Shown: positions 53,378 to 64,000 of the stretch, piece by piece
How the letters are laid out: each line of letters opens with the position of its first letter
Position numbering within the stretch: the first letter of the stretch is position 1
Assembly (NCBI GenBank): GCA_051362555.1
Contig: CM120642.1
Span: 17,918,001-17,982,000, forward strand
Length of the DNA stretch: 64,000 nt
Reading direction: 5' to 3'
Source: Lingula anatina
Taxonomy: Eukaryota; Animalia; Brachiopoda
The notes under the pieces: model-generated
Told to the model about the DNA's origin: nothing
Databases searched by the model: none
What the model saw: only the letters and a program-made list of their open reading frames with translations
Made by a program: the position numbers and the translations under genes

Positions 53378-54324
53378 CTGAAATGATTAACAAATACGAA
53401 TTGTAATATGCATGTGTGTATGTGTCAGTTGATGTGTGTGTGTGTGTGCGTTCTCTCTTTCTCTCTGTGTGTGTGTGGGGGGGGGGGGCATTGCACAGTG
53501 CGTACATACATTTGAACGTATCTCTTCACAAAGGAAAAATGGTAAATAATTGGCAGAAATATATCAATAGGCAATGGATGTGATTAATATTCTGCTTATA
53601 CCCTCGCTTCCCCTTTCATTTACGCATGGGAGAGAACTTAAATGGAAAAAAATTTGAATGCTGTCAGTTATTCACTTTTCTACATATATTGATAAATAAC
53701 ACATATTTATATATTCTGTAAGTGCATATAAAGTTAGATCAATGCAAAAAAATCAAACTTTTTCAAAAAAAGATATGCGAATAATGCTCCAAATCCTCAA
53801 GGCACCCCCTCCAAAAAAAAAAAAAGAGATATTCTTCATTGAAAAAATACAATTTCATCAAATAAAAATGACTAAAATTTACCAAAAAGTACTTTATTTA
53901 ATTATAGAAATATTTGTTATATGTCGTGAATAATATTAATATTTTTACCGACTACTCATAAAAAATATGTATATGTGTGAACAGCCTCCACATTACACAC
54001 TCTCAGCACTATATAGTGTTCCTCTGTAACGTGACAGAGTCCCCCATGATAGAGAGTCTGCTTTCCATTCATTTATACAGGTAAGCCTTGCCCTAGATTT
54101 TGGCCCACTTAGGTCAGACGAATCCTAACCATTACAACCACTTGGAGGGCGGACTTTCTGCTGACCCTCAGTTTTATAACACCGCCATAGTGGATATATC
54201 ACAGGCTGTATTTACATGTGGCAGTGATGGGACTTTTTAATAGTGGTTTATAACCTGAAGTTCAGGTTGTGCCAACTAGACCACGTTCCGCCACACCACC
54301 TGCTGTAAGACACCCTCCACACTT

Positions 54325-54438
54325 CCCAGCAAACACGTTACGTTCGGATCAAGTGGCTAGCACGTTGCTATGACGTTATTAAGTGGTAGCAATAGCAACT
54401 TGCTAGCCACATGATCCGAACGTGACATGTTTGCTGGG
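54325..54438. mobile_element. 114-bp foldback MITE with CCCAGCAAACA termini in NLR intron 2
   Basis: 46-bp arms cccagcaaacacgttacgttcggatcaagtggctagcacgttgcta and its reverse complement, with 4 mismatches; no clear TSD. Confidence 0.8.
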
Positions 54439-55167
54439 CACATGGTTGGGAATTCTGCAAGCGCCTTCTACGGCATGCCATTCATTTGCAAAACTACAGT
54501 CAGGAATCGTCATTAAAAGCTGTGAAATGGTGGCCGTTGAATAGATGTGACATTTTCTCCACATTGTTGATGAGTTCATGAATGGCTGTATACGGTGCCA
54601 TAGTACAGGGGCTCACTGCAATCCAGATTACGGGGCCATGCAAGGATGTGCTTCTCTCTTACTAGTATATTGATATCACCGAAGCTGATAAAGAATAAGG
54701 GCTGTTAAGTAATAGTATGATACGGAATAAAGACTGTTTAAGACAGCACAACTTGTTTTCAGCATCCAACAGTGTGTCTTTTTATAAAATGCAAAAAAAG
54801 CAAAGCATACACATGCATTTAATATACAATATAGCAGTTTTATATCAATCTACCTGACAAGACATCCCATGGGCTAGAGGTATCTTGTCGTCTGGCCCCA
54901 GTTTCACAAAATAATTTGAGTCAGGATCCCTGGCTTAGAACTAAATTACCAAGGTTACATGGTCACATGGGCAAGTCTTACCCTATCAGGAGCAGTGTAA
55001 CAGAACTCTCATGGAAATCCTAGTCAACTAAGCCAGGGCACTGACTTTAGCTTTTTGTGAAACTGGTACCTGGTAGTTTAAACAAATGATAGAAATCATG
55101 CTGCCAAGCACATTACACTGCTGTCTAACAGTTTTTTTAACGTAATCGTTATTATTAGAATAATTAC

Positions 55168-55957
55168 CTGACAAAATGCCCTGTTCTGGCTTCCTCTCTG
55201 GTTGTTCCTCTGTACGTACGTGATGGTAATGGGTTTCAACATGAAGGTTTGTTTGTTGGACCGTTAAAGTCTGTTGAACTTCAAAATGGTAGCTTAGCGT
55301 CTCTTGTCGTTTATACAAGTCATCCAATTTGGAATATATATGGTCTAGTTTCACATCCATGTTTTGCATCATCCTTAGCATTTCCATCTCCTCCAGGTAG
55401 CCACGTAAGATGCATATTTGATAAAAATTGTCCCTCTCAGGTTCAATAGGTTTGTCCTTCAATTGCTGTATCTCTGCTGGGTTCAACACTCCAAGGCGTA
55501 CAACGGCACCGGAGATAGCGGTCCACTTCTGTTCAAATTCACTGGAGGTGATGTTAGTTGATTCACGGTGAGCAAGAGAATTACGTTCAAACTTGAGGAG
55601 AATGATGTCCTGCATGTCTTGTGGGGCAGCTGCAGCTTTTGCTGGATCATTCCAAACTGGGTCATTAGGACGGATTTTCCCCACTTGGAACTCTCGAACT
55701 AATAAAAAGATAAGGGTGATGTCAAATTCCTTCAAATCAGGTGGCTGATTATTGGCAGGAAAGATGAGATCATATTGCCTCTTGTTGATAAGTCTCTTTT
55801 TCCCATGATGGAGATTGTCAATGTGTGTCTTGTTTGTAGTAAAGAACTGCTGTGGTGTCTGTCCACATAGTATGTGATTTTGGAAGTAATTTCTTATACC
55901 TTCTGTTCCATGGTCAATGAGAAGACACCCCAACTTGGCGTAGTACTGCATCTTGGC
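55168..55957 (-). CDS. NLR exon 2: DZIP3/hRUL138-like HEPN domain plus coiled-coil-like linker
   Basis: ORF 55028..55951. YAKLGCLLIDHGT...INKRQYDLIFP...FDITLIFLLVR...LKFERNSLAH...FEQKWTAISGAVVRLG matches the DZIP3-type HEPN pattern; canonical splice sites. Confidence 0.88.
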
Positions 55958-56192
55958 CTGAGAGACAAATTAGAATTTATATTATTTAAATATTCAATTA
56001 TTTAAACCAAAAAAAAAAAAAATTCAAGAATAATAACACGCCCTTACGAAAAATTAATGTAGTGTAGTACGTCCTATAGGTTTGTATGTATTTTAATTTA
56101 TGGCTTTCGTTCATGTTTTGTTTTTTTCGTATATCCAATGGGTAACGAATTATGGGTGACATTTAGGACACTCTCTAAATCTAACTTACCAT

Positions 56193-57004
56193 CTCTGATT
56201 TAATTCTTTTTGTGCGTAGATCAGTAAGACAATATTTAATTAGATCTGATCTACAATTGCCAATGTCTATGTACTTGTTAGAAATCTGTAAGTAATACAG
56301 ATTTGAACATAAAAGTGAAACGCGGTTACGTAGGTCATCAGGTATATGATTTGTAAACGATTTGGGCATTTTTAGTGCTTAAAAAAAGTAATGTTTTGTT
56401 TTTAGTTTCCGCCGGTGATAACTGTAACCTGATAATACGTAGTCATAGTCTAAAAAAGTGAAAAGTGATGTTTTCACAATGTTTAACTCATCTCATTTGG
56501 TAAACAAACAATGTCGGGATTTCTTTACCTTGCAAATAACCGAAAAATCCATGCAAGAACACGATAAAACCGCTAGGGACAATCGCACAAAGGTATAAAA
56601 CAGAATGGACCATAAAAACGACCTACTTTTTCTTCCCATCTCAATACAATTAAGATATTTCCAACTTTCTTTCGCCAAATTGTCCGATAAGGACGACCAT
56701 TTTATCCTTGCAAATTCTGCAGAAATTAGAAGGTAGCACATCAAAAAATTCTTACCTAGCAAACAACTGAAACTTCGTTGAGAGCAAACCATAAAACTGC
56801 TCTCAACCACGGGCAAGAGACTGTATTTCAACATCCAATGAACGGCCAGAAATCATAGTTCGAACTATGATTCCACATCCAATCAACGTCCAGAAATCAT
56901 AGTTTCAACTATGATTCCCAACTATGATTTGACCAATGAAATTGAGGAATGAGAACTGCTGGGAGAACTTACTACCGCCATGTTTTAAGTTATATGCTTC
57001 ACAG
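56193..57004. promoter_or_regulatory. Divergent promoter region between the NLR and the transposase-like gene
   Basis: Three CCAAT boxes (56835, 56879, 56933), a duplicated 22-bp palindrome, YY1-like CCGCCATGTT (56975-56984) and a + strand donor CAG|gtgagt at 57005; IRF-like AAAAGTGAAA at 56311 and 56454 on the NLR side. Confidence 0.55.
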
Positions 57005-58657
57005 GTGAGTTGAGTTTTTATAGCAGGAAGTCAGAGGTGGATCTTGAATAGGTGTGTCTGGGAGCCCCCAACCACTTATTTTGGGGCCACCACCCTAAAT
57101 TTGGGGTTTACACGGCCCAGAAGTAGTTATTATTATTTTTTTTTTTGTTTTTGTGTTTTTTTTTGTTTTTTTTTTTTGGGGGGGGGTCTATTCCCCTGGA
57201 TCTGCCCTGGTACTTAAAATTTGCTAGGGGATAGGGTCTAGCCCACTAGATCTACCTTGGTAGTTAAAATTTGCTGTTAAATTTTCATTTCAAGGAAAGA
57301 GACACACACTTAGTAATAGAACATGTACCTCTATGTCAGGTGTAACATTACTATTATTATTATTGTATAATCTTCTATTTGTAAATCTATTTTGAAAATA
57401 TCTTACTTGTGAGATAAAGTAAACTTTCAAAAACTTGAACATGACAGCTTACAAAATTGCTTAGATGGGAAAGCTTGACTTTTCATAACACGTAGACATA
57501 CAATAATTAACTGTGGAAGTTTTATGAATTAATGAGGTGTCTTCCCAGGCTATCAAACATTTTATGGAGATAACTTGCATGGATGCCTGCACATAGGGCC
57601 TTTGATCTCTGCTTACCACATGCATCCCTGATCTACACTGGGGCTTTGATTAATTAACACAATTATGCTGTGGGGTTGTAAATGGGGTTGTAAAATGCCT
57701 TGCATAATGTTTGTCACTCCAAGAAGTTGTAAAGAAAGCCTCTTTATAACTTCTTGGTCACTCAGAGATTTACTGTTAGACTGACTGCAGTGGTGAATAA
57801 TGTCAGTTTACTTGTGTTTCAGTAGCAAACTGGAAAGCAAATGTGAATGCTTCTCATTGAATTGATGTGCCAGAATTGTCGTTAATCCAGTCATAGGAAA
57901 AACTTCAAGGTAAGGATATTTTTGGTAATTTTTGTTTTTGTTTAAATTAATTCTGAAATGTGTTTTTTGTAGGTACAAATGTAGTCATCCATTCACAAAA
58001 ATCTTCTTGAATTTTGCCAATACATGGAAGGATATATGTGTGAATAGTGACAGATTTGATAAAAAGTGCTTTGGTTTCCATACAATGTTATTATCAATGT
58101 GTTAATGTTCTTGATTTTGCATAGATTCATAGATGTTTACATTTGTTTTTATCTTACTGACTATAGCAAGTAGAAGCTATGAATGTTGGCTATAACTCAC
58201 TGCAATTTGGCTCAAATTGGATATCATTTACTATGGTGTACGTCTTGAATATCCAGAAACATCTAAAGTCTCTGTAGTACCCTACTTTTTCAATTAAACA
58301 GAAAAGTGAATTGGCCACTTTCAAATACTTAAATTTTTTTGTTCTGTCTGATATTATTCAGCAACCAAAATTTTGCTTTGTCCCACTTTTTGCCCGAATG
58401 TCTATCATATACCATTGGATAAAGTGTCCTTAGTAGCTCATAGTCTTTGCTTACGAGTAGTGTTACAGAAAGGCCACTTGTCTTTTATATAATTGAGATA
58501 GATTATGTACTAGTAGGCATAGATACATTTGACCTGTCATACAGAAAGAATATTAAGACATTTCTCTTAGTTTTTCAAAAGATAAAGAACTTATGACCTG
58601 ATCTTAAATAGCTAAGTTAAAGTATAAATGCATTTTATTTTTGTTTTAAGGATCATC

Positions 58658-61600
58658 ATGTTCCCAGTATTTAGAAGAGATGCTAATGGACGTGTTTCAC
58701 TGACAGACACACCGGAGGCTACACGTGTAAAGGCGGAAAAACGCAAGTGGGAGAAGCCTGAAGAGTATGCCACTGTCAGGAGTGCTGCTCTTCGACAGTG
58801 CAGGGAGGCAGGAGGAGATACTAATGATGCTAAACAGTGGATGGGATTTCTAAGAATGCAGTGGGGTGTATTTAGGTAAGTTTCAATGTTACTGGTTACT
58901 GTTACTAGTTCATCTGGTGTTAATTAGTTTTTAGGTTTACTTCAGTGGTCCAGGTTGAGCAGTCAATTGTGCTTCATGAAGTCATATTCAGTAACTGAGG
59001 CCATTATATGTTTGATTAAATTTAAAAAAACAAGTTCAGTTAGTACTAGTGCTTTATTATATGATATTATATTTACATCCACTGGTCCTTTATTGGGGAA
59101 TGGGGGGGGGGAAGCAACAAAAATTATTTCAACATATATTACCATATTTGTTTGATCATGCCCGGTGTAACATGAAAATCTGACTCCCCCAGTCAAAATT
59201 TCATAATGAAAATCTGACCCCCCATGGAATTTTGACTCCCCTTACAAAACTTATAAACTTTATAAATCTTGTTTTATTTGAGTAAATAACTTTTATCTTG
59301 CTCTATGCATAACAGAGGATACTTTGGCACTTTTTGCAAATTTCATGCAAAAATAAAAAAAAATTGAAAATGAGTATTTTTCCACCCAATGCCTCCTATA
59401 AAAAGGCTATGTGAGTCCAAATCCTACAGGTAGTAAGATAAATACTTGTTTCACATAGTATCAATTTACACCAAAATTTTCATCACCAAACTTTCAAATA
59501 CTTACAAAGTATATGTCATAATGCAGCAATGTGGAATACATTGGTATGGTGACTTTATAAATATAAAATGGGGCCTTATCTTCATGGAGCCCAAATCCTG
59601 TGAGTATGAATATGAAAATTTATTATGTTTTTTTTTTTTTTTCATTTTTTTTTGCACCAAATATTTTACCACCAACTTTTAAATATTCCCAATGTGTTCT
59701 TCATAAAGTATCCTTGAGGGAAAGATGTTGAAATGATTACCAAATATCAAATAAATAGCTTTTTCACAGCCTAAGGGCAGTCAATGAGAGGTAGACATTT
59801 TTCATTTTATTTTCTCATTAAAATGTTCAAACTAACAAAAATGCCAATGTATCCACTATTATGCATACTACAATATAAAAATCATATACTCAAATAAAAT
59901 AACATATATTTAGTTTTGTGAGAGGAGTCAAAATTTCATGGGGGGAGTCACATTTTCATTATGAAAATCTGACTGGGGAGTCACATTTTTGGTGAGTCAG
60001 ATTTTCATGGTACGCTGGATATAGAGTGATTGTCAATAAACTTCTAACTCTGATTCTGTTTTGCAGGGGAGAAACGTACTGCTGGCTGCTGGAGAATACT
60101 CCTGGGTACTGTGGGTGGCTGGCGAATAAGATGAAGGGAGAGGATACGTCATCATCTGATAAATTATTCCTTTTCAAAATGACTTTTCTCAAGTATATGT
60201 CTCTGTTCCCAGAAGGGAAAGAGATTGTCGAAGGAAAAGCCAAGCGTCAGACAGGTAATTTCTTGATATTGCTCATTCCCAATGTAAATTTAAATGCATT
60301 TAAGTTTAATTATAGTACTTCATGAATTAGTGATAGCTACTAAGGGCTGGACAAACTTGTATAATCAATGCTTACAAATGATTTCATTTTATTCTGAATG
60401 GAAAGAACTATTTAAGTCTTGAATTACCTCTTATTCCAAATCAAGGAAAATTTACTTTAATAAATCCTTGCATTGATATGTTCTGTTGACTTCTGAATAG
60501 TGGCATGTTTTCAGGCTTTTTTTTGGTAAAAATTAAAACCATGCAGTAAGTTGCTATTTTTTGCACCGTGACTGACAGACAGGTGAAGACAAGTGAAGTT
60601 AACTCTCTCTGTGTTTTTCTTCAGGCAGCAGTAAGGAGCTTCAAACTGCCAAACTGGTAGCAGTTGAGTTAGGTGAGTTGTTTTTGCTTCATTTCTTAAT
60701 TCTTTAGACAGCAGACATAATAAAATGGATTACTGTGTGTGTAGTAAACTTCAAAGGCTTTGTACTGTTACTACCCATGGTCCTACATATAAACCACACA
60801 CACAACCTAGAGTTGTTCCTTTCTGCATTCTTGTGATAAAGACTCAGTATTTTTATTACTTTTAGATAAATTGGACTGTGCTTCTGACGAGGAACTTGTG
60901 GCTTGTGTGGAAAGTTATGAAGAGAGTGTTAAAGGTAAGTTTGTCAGAAGAGAATTGCACTTGACAAACAAAAATATACAAAGACATACTGTGATAATGG
61001 CTTGCAAATATAGACATATTTGTAAAGAATGTGTTATAATTTTTCGTAAGTCATCCTCCATTGAAAATTTTGTTCTTGTTATCTCCTATATGAATATTTA
61101 AATGTTTTTTTTTTACTTTGCTCTAAATTTAGAGGACTTTCCCTATATTGACATCATGGTAAGACAATTTAATGTGGTCTTGGTGGAAAATATACTTGTA
61201 GAAAGCTATATTTATGTGCACACTTCACATTATCTTTTGCTTTTATCTCTGGTAATGGTTTGGTGGAAGCATATGATATCTCAGCCATTCTTGACTCAGC
61301 TTTAGCTTACATGTGTGTTACATCTGTACACTTGACGGCAATTATTTTTTAATCTCTTATAGTTAACATTCACACCTTTGCCAATATTAGGTTCATCACA
61401 GCCTATTAGATTCAGTGTTCATATATGTTGTGTGCCCAGTGTTTGTTTGTCTTCATTTTTTATGTCTTCGTTTGCTTTCTTGATTATGCTTTGTGACAAA
61501 TTAATTATCCTGAGTGAGTTACTAAACTTATCTTATACTAACTGATTTTTAGGAAATGATCAGCCATTAATTCACTGTAGTCTTTGGGTCTCATATATCA

Positions 61601-64000
61601 TTGCCATCATTAATTAAAATGCTTATAGAATGGGTATAACTTCTTTGTAACTTAAGGTTGAAAGTTGTCATCTGCAATTAAAAGATATTGGATGCAAAAA
61701 AAACATAAAAAATGAATTATATTTTTTTGCATTTAAAGTTTTATTCACATTGAATGAACTAAGTACTTGATGTTGTAAATCAAGCCACGTGTTTAATTTT
61801 ATAAGAATTACATTTTCTTATAATACTGCTTAAGCATCAAGTCACAGTGGAACAGTTGAGACTCAGATAGATGTGTCCCAGGAACAGAATGAACCTGCCG
61901 CTGAACCATCCCCAGGTCCTTCAGTGCAGACAACAACACAACAGCTCTCCTCACCAGGTATATAATGTCAGGGACTAAGTTAGTTTTAACTTTGTTCTCA
62001 AGTCACAACATGTTCAAGTGTGCCTATAACTGCATTGTTTTTTTTTTTCATTGTTTTGTCTAGATTTGAATTTATTATAGTCAATCTTTATCCTTAAAAT
62101 GATTTTCTGCATCAAAATATCCATGCACTGAGAAAGTACTAACACAAAAATAGCTTTGTTATCAAGTCAAATAATGTGTAGCACCAATTATTTATTTTAT
62201 TTTATTTTTATGGGGGGGGGGTATTATCATCTCTTATTGTGATCTCTGTCATGGTATGTGGCTGTATGTGATAATTACTCCATTTGCAGCAGTGTTGTCA
62301 ACTAATTGTTCCTTTTTTTTTTCAGGGGATGATGTACCCCTAACAAAGAAATGGAAGAAGACACTTCCAGTTGTAGACCAAGATTGGATATCAAAGACCT
62401 TCTTCCAGTATTCTGCAAGAGGCCCACAGTTTGACTTCAACAGAGTAACCAAGTTGTGGTATGATCCTCCACAGCCAAGCTTATCTAGAGGTAAAACAAG
62501 TTGTAATATATTAGTTACAGTTGTATGTCTACTCATTGTTGGGTCACATATATGATTTGACTCATTTAACATGTTGAATCTTTTTGAAACAAACTCTCTG
62601 TTCTTTTGTTTTAACCAACTTTAACTCCTTTTCTCAGGGGTGCTGAACAAGCAGGCATGCTTTTTTGGTCATCGTCTGTTTCTGTGGATGCCACGCCACC
62701 TATTTCGCTATCAGTTCTCATGTCCCCACTCTCCATGTCAAGGTACCTTAGTGAACGCTGGTGTTCACCAGAAGACAAGAATGGTCCTGGACATCAATGA
62801 TTATTACATCATAGCAGGAGAAGACTATGAATGTAACAAGTGCAAAAGAAGAGTAAGTTGAATTACCACTCTTGTACTTTTATAATCATACATGTCATGA
62901 GAATAATGACACCAATGAAATTATATATATAACCGTGAAATATCTTTATTTTATATGACAGATCATCAGCTGGAGTCAGGGAATTATAGAACAACTGGAC
63001 CTAACTGAGCGCAGCAAGTTCCCGTGTATCCTGACAGAGAAGTATGCCTGTGATTTAAAGGTTGTCAGGATGATGCGACAGAGGACACTTGGGAACAGCA
63101 GTAGTTTACTCTGCCAACAGGTGCAATTTTTATTTCACTTTTCTTGTGACCTCTCACTGGTTTATGTAGAAAATAAAACAACTACTTAATTATACTGCCT
63201 TCAATACAGATAACACTCTCCAAGGAAAACTGATAGAGTTAGGCCTTTTCCTGCTTGTGTGTCATCATTGTCTATTAGTTTAATAGTTGGTTGTGGAAGT
63301 TGATAATTCCATTGATAAAAGTAATATCAAAATGTATGATAATAATAGAAATAAGAAATTAATGTCAGTGCACATAAGGTTTTAATTTATTTTGATAATG
63401 TTGACTTACATTCCTCAGATCACTGAAAATCACGGAGAAACTTACTTGGACAAGTGCCGCCAGTATGCCACCAATTACCTAGACCTTAAGAAAGCAGCAG
63501 GAAAAGGCTTAGTAATAGTACCAGATTTTGTAGACCCGCCTCCCATGATGGACATCCCACGGCACCGATGGTTCATGAAAGTGTTCCAGCTGGATGTCAT
63601 TTCAAGACTAGATTATGAGTTAGCAGAACTCACTTCAATAACTGGGGATATTCTTAAAATTGATTCTACAAAAAAAATTACTAATAAGCTTGCAGGTGAG
63701 CTAACAGTTCATGGAGGTACATTAATTCTTATCTCTTTTTCAATGTCATATAACTTAAAATAAGGTTTATGATGGTGGACTTTAGTTTTAAGATAGATTT
63801 CAGTCAAGTAATGATGCTAAAACAAAACAAAACCCTGTTCTCTTAAGAAATGTATGAAAGTTACTCCAGCCTTTGATTTCTACAAAAAAAAAAAAAAAAA
63901 AAAACATGTAATCTTATTATTATAATTATTATGTATTGGTGAACACTTTTTCCCTTATATTGTGCCATAATCTGACTTTATAGGTGCTAGCAGAGGCACT
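58658..64000 (+). CDS. Intron-rich DUF6729-type, transposase-like protein (3' part runs off the window)
   Basis: Phase-consistent exons: 58651-58875 (ATG 58658), 60067-60254, 60625-60672, 60866-60934, 61835-61957, 62326-62490, 62638-62852, 62962-63120, 63419-63695, 63984->64000. Motifs: QWGVFRGETYCWLLEN, WKKTLPVVDQDWISK, LWYDPPQP, RLFLWMP..CP..C, YECNKC, FPCILTEKYACD, MRQRTLGNS, ILKIDSTKKITNKLAG. These resemble a family of uncharacterised, transposon-associated animal proteins. Confidence 0.8.
59162..60018. mobile_element. MITE/non-autonomous DNA transposon with subterminal repeats, in an intron of the transposase-like gene
   Basis: Left ccggtgtaacatgaaaatctgactc versus right gagtcagattttcatggtacgctgg; repeated atgaaaatctgact motifs over ~85 bp at both ends in inverted orientation. 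Confidence 0.8.

Larger units (their letters stand above)
46826..56192 (-). pseudogene. HEPN(DZIP3-like)-NACHT-LRR NLR gene, interrupted in Walker B by a Helitron; otherwise open (1152 aa when the insertion is removed)
   Basis: Exons (-): ATG-only 56192-56190 (ATG|gtaagt); 55957-55168; 53377-52856 joined to 48969-46826. Motifs: FDITLIFLL...RNSLAH (HEPN), IIIRGKAGCGKST (Walker A), restored IIIILDGYDEY (Walker B), VIITSRP (sensor 1), TPLLLLFIC, FSFIHKTIQEYFAA (winged helix), C-terminal LxxLxLxxN repeats. Confidence 0.88.

Noticed and set aside
1-64000. tRNA, rRNA or other structured RNA genes
   Set aside because: No cloverleaf, rRNA or snRNA signature recognised by eye; Infernal and tRNAscan would be needed to exclude small ncRNAs.

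Overview
AT-rich, intron-rich invertebrate (probably lophotrochozoan/mollusc-like) genomic DNA; most short ORFs in the track are noise. I rebuilt four spliced loci by hand using GT-AG boundaries and codon phase. (1) The 3' part of an APBB/Fe65 adaptor gene (+, 107-18768; WW, PTB1, PTB2) with two pairs of candidate mutually exclusive exons. (2) A tail-to-tail NSUN7 gene (-) with a U12-type minor intron and a His replacing the motif VI catalytic Cys. (3) An NLR-type gene (-, 46826-56192) with an N-terminal DZIP3-like HEPN domain (intact R-x4-H), NACHT and LRRs. It is split inside Walker B by a 3886-bp non-autonomous Helitron carrying a 146-bp satellite, a nested MITE and a duplicated terminus. 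(4) Head-to-head with the NLR, an uninterrupted, intron-rich DUF6729-type transposase-like gene (+, from 58658, running off the window). Two more Helitron/HINE-like elements, several MITEs and microsatellites are also present. Family calls come from motif recognition, not database searches.
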